A stretch of 64,000 nt of DNA, from positions 5,274 through 69,273 of the forward strand of contig JAPOVT010000049.1 in the NCBI GenBank assembly GCA_026708015.1, read 5' to 3'. Each line of letters opens with the position of its first letter. Positions within the stretch are counted from its first letter, which is position 1. Made by a program: the position numbers and the translations under genes. The notes below the pieces were generated by a model, which saw only the letters and a list, made by a program, of their open reading frames with translations, ran no database searches and was not told the origin of the DNA. Below, piece after piece: positions 59,657 through 64,000 of this stretch. Origin of the DNA: a bacterium (GTDB lineage Bacteria; Actinomycetota; Acidimicrobiia; Acidimicrobiales; Bin134).

Positions 59657-60996
59657 TCTCAAGCAGTCCCCCCAATCGGGGCGCTCGTTGGCGAGGGGGG
59701 ATTGCGGCTGCCCTGTTGGCCCTTTCCCTGGTGGGCGCGGCCTGCGGCGGCTCAGAAGACGAGTCCAACGGCGTTCAGCCGGTGGGAACGAATGATTCTG
59801 CCCCTGTGATGACGACTACCCCGACCGGCGACGGCGGCGCAGAATCGCCAGAAGGCGCTCCAGCGCCGGCCAACGGAGGCTCCGGCGTCACCGAAGGCGA
59901 TGGCTCCGGGGATGGTGCTGGCGAAGCCTCCGGCGACGGCACCGCTCCCGATCCTGGTTCAACAGAAACCGGCGATCCAGAGCCCGTTCCCGACCCGCCT
60001 GCGCCCACCCCAACGCCAACGCCAGGACCCACCGAACCGCTGACCGGTGAGCCGCTGGCGGATCCGTCCATCATGAACCGGCCGGCTCTGGCCGTGAAGA
60101 TCGGCACCAGCAGCGTGGGGCGCCCCCAAACCGGCATCAACCAAGCGGACATACTCATCGAGGTAAGGGTGGAGACCATCACCCGCCTCTTCGCCGTGTT
60201 CCACAGCCAGGACGCCGTTTCATTGGGCCCGGTTCGGTCGGCCCGCAGCTCCGATCCCGACATCCTGGCCAATTTCGGCCAGCCGGTGTACGGCCATTCG
60301 GGAGGAAACCCCGGGGTGCTGCGGGAAATTTCCCAAGGAGAGTCGGCGGGCATGCTCTATGAGCTGCTGTGGGATGGCCTGCCCAACGACTATTGGCGGA
60401 TTGCCGACCGAGTTCCCCCGTGGAACTTGTACACCACAACGGCAAACATCTGGAGAGCTGCTCCCAGCAGCTTGCCGCCCCCCGAACCACTCTTCGAATA
60501 CCTAAGGGAAGGCGAGGCGCTGCCATCGGATGCTGAACCGGTTCCCGGAGTGGAGGTCCGGTATCTCGGTGGCACCGTGGCCCAATTCGTCTGGGATGCT
60601 GAAGCCAGCGGCTGGGCCCGCTGGCAAGACGGAACCCCCCATGTCGACATGGCCCGCCATTCCGATGGCACACCCAATCCCGATGTCAATCCTGAGCAGG
60701 TGACCCCGGCCAATGTGGTGGTTCTGCAAACCCGATACACCGGCAGCGCCCAATGCTCTTACTGCCCCGAGGCCATCACCGTCGATCCCGAGGGCGGGAC
60801 TGCCTTGGTGTTCACTGCCGGCCACATGATCCGAGGCCGGTGGTCCCGCCCGTCAGCCGACCAGCCCTGGAAGGTGACCGACAACAACGGCAATCCGGTG
60901 CGGCTCACTCCGGGCCAGACCTTCATCGTCCTGCCCGGGGGTGATGTCTTGGTGATGGTGCAGGACTTCGCCGAGCACCTGCTCAAGAACCGATAG
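59653..60996 (+). CDS. DUF3048-domain lipoprotein
   Basis: Lipobox LVGAAC, a Gly/Pro/Glu linker, then NRPALAVKIGTSSVGRPQTGINQADILIEVRVETITRLFAVF, typical of DUF3048. A TTG start is inferred. Confidence 0.65.
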   Translation: MISSSPPNRGARWRGGIAAALLALSLVGAACGGSEDESNGVQPVGTNDSAPVMTTTPTGDGGAESPEGAPAPANGGSGVTEGDGSGDGAGEASGDGTAPDPGSTETGDPEPVPDPPAPTPTPTPGPTEPLTGEPLADPSIMNRPALAVKIGTSSVGRPQTGINQADILIEVRVETITRLFAVFHSQDAVSLGPVRSARSSDPDILANFGQPVYGHSGGNPGVLREISQGESAGMLYELLWDGLPNDYWRIADRVPPWNLYTTTANIWRAAPSSLPPPEPLFEYLREGEALPSDAEPVPGVEVRYLGGTVAQFVWDAEASGWARWQDGTPHVDMARHSDGTPNPDVNPEQVTPANVVVLQTRYTGSAQCSYCPEAITVDPEGGTALVFTAGHMIRGRWSRPSADQPWKVTDNNGNPVRLTPGQTFIVLPGGDVLVMVQDFAEHLLKNR

Positions 60997-61048
60997 TGGT
61001 CCAAAACCGACATCGTGTTTGCGGTGCTGAAAGCCATAGACTGCAACC

Positions 61049-61948
61049 ATGGCTGCTGAGTCGATGACGGGCCGCGAGACGGGAACTCCTCTGGTCAAGC
61101 GGGGGCTGGCCGAAATGCTCAAGGGCGGCGTCATCATGGACGTGGTCACCCCCGATCAGGCCAAGGTGGCCGAGGATGCCGGGGCGGTGGCGGTCATGGC
61201 CCTGGAGCGGGTTCCCGCCGATATCCGCCGCGACGGCGGCGTGGCCCGCATGAGCGATCCCGAGATGATCACCGGCATCCAGCAGGCGGTGACGATCCCC
61301 GTTATGGCCAAGGCCCGCATTGGCCACTTTGTGGAGGCCCAGATACTCGAAGCCCTCGACGTGGATTATATCGACGAGAGCGAGGTGCTGACTCCCGCCG
61401 ATGAGGCTCACCACATCGACAAGTGGGCGTTCACCGTGCCGTTCGTGTGCGGGGCCACCAACCTGGGTGAGGCGCTGCGGCGCATCTCCGAAGGCGCCTG
61501 CATGATCCGGTCCAAGGGCGAAGCCGGCACCGGCAACATCGTGGAAGCCGTTCGCCATCTCCGGTCGATTATCGGCGACATCCGCAAGATCACCCAGGCC
61601 GATTCGGCCGAGCTGTTCGACTGGGCCAAGCAGCTCCGGGCCCCGCTGCCGCTGGTGCGCGAGGTGGCTGAGACCGGCTGGCTCCCGGTGCCGATGTTCT
61701 GCGCCGGCGGCATCTCGACCCCTGCCGATGCCGGACTGGTGATGCAGCTCGGTGCCGAAGCCGTGTTTGTGGGCTCGGGCATCTTCAAGTCGGCCGATCC
61801 GGCGCCCCGGGCCAAAGCCATTGTGGAGGCGGCCACCAACTATCGCGATCCCCACATCCTGGCCAAAGTAAGCCGCGGCCTGGGCGAGCCGATGCCCGGC
61901 TTGGAGATCGACGGCCTCGAAACCCGGCTGGCCGACCGCGGCTGGTAG
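61049..61948 (+). CDS. pdxS: pyridoxal 5'-phosphate synthase, lyase subunit
   Basis: [34 protein letters not shown] and downstream PdxS blocks. Confidence 0.95.
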   Translation: MAAESMTGRETGTPLVKRGLAEMLKGGVIMDVVTPDQAKVAEDAGAVAVMALERVPADIRRDGGVARMSDPEMITGIQQAVTIPVMAKARIGHFVEAQILEALDVDYIDESEVLTPADEAHHIDKWAFTVPFVCGATNLGEALRRISEGACMIRSKGEAGTGNIVEAVRHLRSIIGDIRKITQADSAELFDWAKQLRAPLPLVREVAETGWLPVPMFCAGGISTPADAGLVMQLGAEAVFVGSGIFKSADPAPRAKAIVEAATNYRDPHILAKVSRGLGEPMPGLEIDGLETRLADRGW

Positions 61949-62003
61949 CAGCGGTTGATCGTGCAGCAGATCGAGACAACTCCCCGAGACCCGGAGCCCC
62001 CGG

Positions 62004-62570
62004 GTGAAAGTCGGGGTCTTGGCCCTTCAGGGCGCATTCGGGCTGCATGAGCGGGTCCTGAACCGGCTCGATTTGGCCGCAGTCCAAGTCCGCACTCCTG
62101 AAGAGCTGGCGGAAGTCGATCGCCTCGTCATCCCCGGCGGCGAGTCCACCGCCATTTCCAAGCTGTTGGACGCCAACGATTTGGCCGATCCGCTGGCCGA
62201 ACGCCTGGCCGACGGCCTGCCGGTACTCGGGACCTGCGCCGGGCTGATCCTTCTGGCATCCGAGGTGGTGGACGGCTATCCCGGCCAGCACTGCTTCGGC
62301 GCCATCGACGCCACGGTGCGGCGCAACGGCTATGGCCGCCAGTCGGAGTCGTTCCACGCGCCGATTGACATTGAAGGATGGGAATCGCCATTTCCCGGTG
62401 TCTTCATCCGCGCCCCGGTGATCGAGTCGGCTGCCCCGGAGGTGGACGTGTTGGCCGAATTGGACGGGGTGCCGGTGCTTTGTCGCCAAGGCTCGACGGT
62501 GGTGTCGTCGTTCCACCCCGAGTTGGCTGAAGACAATCGAATCCACCGCTGGTTCATCGAGCAGGAATAA
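62004..62570 (+). CDS. pdxT: pyridoxal 5'-phosphate synthase, glutaminase subunit
   Basis: GTG start, MKVGVLALQGAF. Catalytic GTCAG, and a C-terminal FHPE. Confidence 0.9.
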   Translation: MKVGVLALQGAFGLHERVLNRLDLAAVQVRTPEELAEVDRLVIPGGESTAISKLLDANDLADPLAERLADGLPVLGTCAGLILLASEVVDGYPGQHCFGAIDATVRRNGYGRQSESFHAPIDIEGWESPFPGVFIRAPVIESAAPEVDVLAELDGVPVLCRQGSTVVSSFHPELAEDNRIHRWFIEQE

Positions 62571-62580
62571 GGGAGCACCC

Positions 62581-63330
62581 ATGTCAGGACACTCCAAGTG
62601 GGCCACCATCAAGCACCGCAAGGGTGCGGCCGACAAGCGCCGGGGCAAGCTGTTCGCCAAGCTGATCCGCCAGGTGGAGGTGGCGGCCCGTGAGGGCGGC
62701 GGCGACCTCGACGCCAACCCCACGCTCCGCACCATGTTCCAGAAGGCCAGGGACAACTCGGTGCCCCTCGACACCATCGAGCGGGCCATCAAGCGGGGAA
62801 CCGGTGAGCTCGAGGGGGTGGCGTATGAGTCGGTGTACTACGAGGGGTACGCCCCCGGAGGAGTGGCCCTCTACGTGGAGACGCTGACCGACAATCGCAA
62901 TCGGACCAGTTCTGAGGTGCGGGCACTGTTCACCCGCAACGGGGGATCACTGGCCGAGCCCGGCGCGGTGGCCTGGCAGTTTGAGCGCAAAGGGGTGGTG
63001 ATCCTCGACCGCTCGGTGGACGAGGACGAGCTGATGATGGCCGCCCTCGATGCCGGGGGCGAGGACTTGGCCGACGAGGGCGACACTTGGCGGCTCACCT
63101 GCGATCCCTCCGACCTCACGACGATGCGCGACGCCCTGTCCGAGACCGGCATTGCCTTTGTGTCGGCGGCCTCCACCATGCTGCCCACCTCAGTAGTGGG
63201 CGTCGACAGCACCGACGCCGCCCGATCGGTGCTCCGCCTTATCGACGCTCTTGACGACCACGACGACGTCCAAGACGTCTACGCCAACTTCGACATCCCC
63301 GACGACATCCTCCAAGCTGCCGCCAGCTGA
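62581..63330 (+). CDS. YebC/PmpR-family DNA-binding regulator
   Basis: MSGHSKWATIKHRKGAADKRRGKLF is diagnostic. Confidence 0.95.
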   Translation: MSGHSKWATIKHRKGAADKRRGKLFAKLIRQVEVAAREGGGDLDANPTLRTMFQKARDNSVPLDTIERAIKRGTGELEGVAYESVYYEGYAPGGVALYVETLTDNRNRTSSEVRALFTRNGGSLAEPGAVAWQFERKGVVILDRSVDEDELMMAALDAGGEDLADEGDTWRLTCDPSDLTTMRDALSETGIAFVSAASTMLPTSVVGVDSTDAARSVLRLIDALDDHDDVQDVYANFDIPDDILQAAAS

Positions 63331-63470
63331 GGCCTCCTTTGTCGGGGTTCTACAGAAAGGTGGTTGTCTCCAACAAGTAGCACCGTTATGATTCGGTCGC
63401 AGTCGGAACTGGCTTCGCTTTTCGGTGTCAAAGGGTTCCCTTTCGAGTTCATAAGGAGAGAGGGAATCTG

Positions 63471-63914
63471 ATGACAGCGGTTAGCGAAATTGAGCGGACG
63501 GAGTTGGTGAATCAGTTGGTTGCCACCATTGGCGAAGGGCCTGCGGAGACCTTGATGAATTGTGTTCTGCCCGATGGCCGCGACCAGCTTGCCACCAAGG
63601 AGGACTTCGCCAAGTTCGCCACCAAGGAGGACTTGACCAAGTTTGCCACCAAGGAGGACTTCGCCAAGTTCGCCACCAAGGAGGACTTGACCAAGTTTGC
63701 CACCAAGGAGGACTTCGCCAAGTTCGCCACCAAGGAGGACTTGACCAAGTTTGCCACCAAGGACGACCTGGAAATCTTTGGTGCCAAGCTGAGAGCCGAG
63801 CTGCGGGCCGAGTTTCGGGCCGAGATGGCCAAGCAGACGCGGCTCTATTTGACGATAATGACGGCCTTCATGGTCCCAATCTGGGCCGCAATGGCGGCGC
63901 AGTTCTTCGGCTAG
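63471..63914 (+). CDS. tail-anchored repeat protein (ATKEDFAKF/ATKEDLTKF repeats plus C-terminal TM)
   Basis: 147 aa. RBS AAGGAGAGAGGG. Seven 9-aa repeats, then a LRAELRAEFRAEM coil and a hydrophobic tail LYLTIMTAFMVPIWAAMAAQFF. Confidence 0.65.
   Translation: MTAVSEIERTELVNQLVATIGEGPAETLMNCVLPDGRDQLATKEDFAKFATKEDLTKFATKEDFAKFATKEDLTKFATKEDFAKFATKEDLTKFATKDDLEIFGAKLRAELRAEFRAEMAKQTRLYLTIMTAFMVPIWAAMAAQFFG
63591..63779 (+). repeat. 27-bp tandem repeat x7 (a 54-bp super-unit repeated perfectly three times plus one diverged unit)
   Basis: gccaccaaggaggacttcgccaagttc and gccaccaaggaggacttgaccaagttt alternate without a single substitution through 63752. Confidence 0.9.
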
Positions 63915-63919
63915 AGAGA

Positions 63920-64000
63920 TCAGTCGAAGAGATTGGACTGGTCTGCCGCGCTGGCTGGCGGGGCAAGGCCCAGGTGCTGCCAGGCGGTGGGAGTGGCCAC
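63920..64000 (-). CDS. 3' end of an unidentified minus-strand gene (runs off the window)
   Basis: The minus frame is open from the window edge to TGA (63922-63920): ...VATPTAWQHLGLAPPASAADQSNLFD*. Too short to name. Confidence 0.3.
   Translation of the reverse strand: MATPTAWQHLGLAPPASAADQSNLFD

Noticed and set aside
63591-63779. A CRISPR-like regular repeat array.
   Set aside because: The repeats are directly adjacent with no spacers. They are in frame inside a coding sequence with an RBS and a TM tail, and no cas genes are present.

Overview
This is 64 kb of high-GC chromosome; individual 60-nt lines I counted give 60-67% GC. It reads as an actinobacterium. Markers are mycothiol ligase mshC, F420-linked enzymes (npdG, LLM-class and PPOX-class oxidoreductases), an InhA-like enoyl-ACP reductase, and the thrS-HIT-pgsA1-acyltransferase-pimA cluster in mycobacterial gene order, followed by pdxS-pdxT-yebC. 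I call about 60 protein genes. Most are ordinary metabolism or transport: BVMO, P450, amidohydrolases, crotonases, three sulfatases with a sulfonate-type ABC importer, a MarR plus ABC exporter pair, and tandem CNNM genes. Long antisense shadow ORFs, typical of high-GC DNA, were ignored.

Findings worth a second look:
1. A roughly 1340-codon secreted protein has nine Cys-bracketed FN3-like modules. It is interrupted by a single in-frame TGA at a conserved Trp codon.
2. GC content in that gene drops abruptly at the start of its C-terminal domain, which carries SLT-like ES / GLWQ / AYNSGP motifs. The low-GC block continues through an abutting 800-aa lipoprotein gene with an internal duplication. 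I propose this as a polymorphic-toxin-like effector with a candidate immunity partner.
3. A UGA-containing ORF has the motif U-G-S-C and a hairpin immediately downstream. This is a probable selenoprotein, in an operon with an uncharacterised 348-aa protein.
4. A small island holds an SPPY-type DNA methyltransferase with an unexplained C-terminal extension. Next to it are two duplicated membrane-anchored coiled-coil genes flanking a DUF222 gene fragment.
5. A 70-nt tRNA-Ala-like element with a G3:U70 acceptor stem and a non-canonical core lies upstream of thrS.
6. A tRNA-Val is followed by a decayed direct repeat of its 3' part, bracketing a hicB / truncated hicA stub.

No rRNA, CRISPR array, transposase or integrase was seen.
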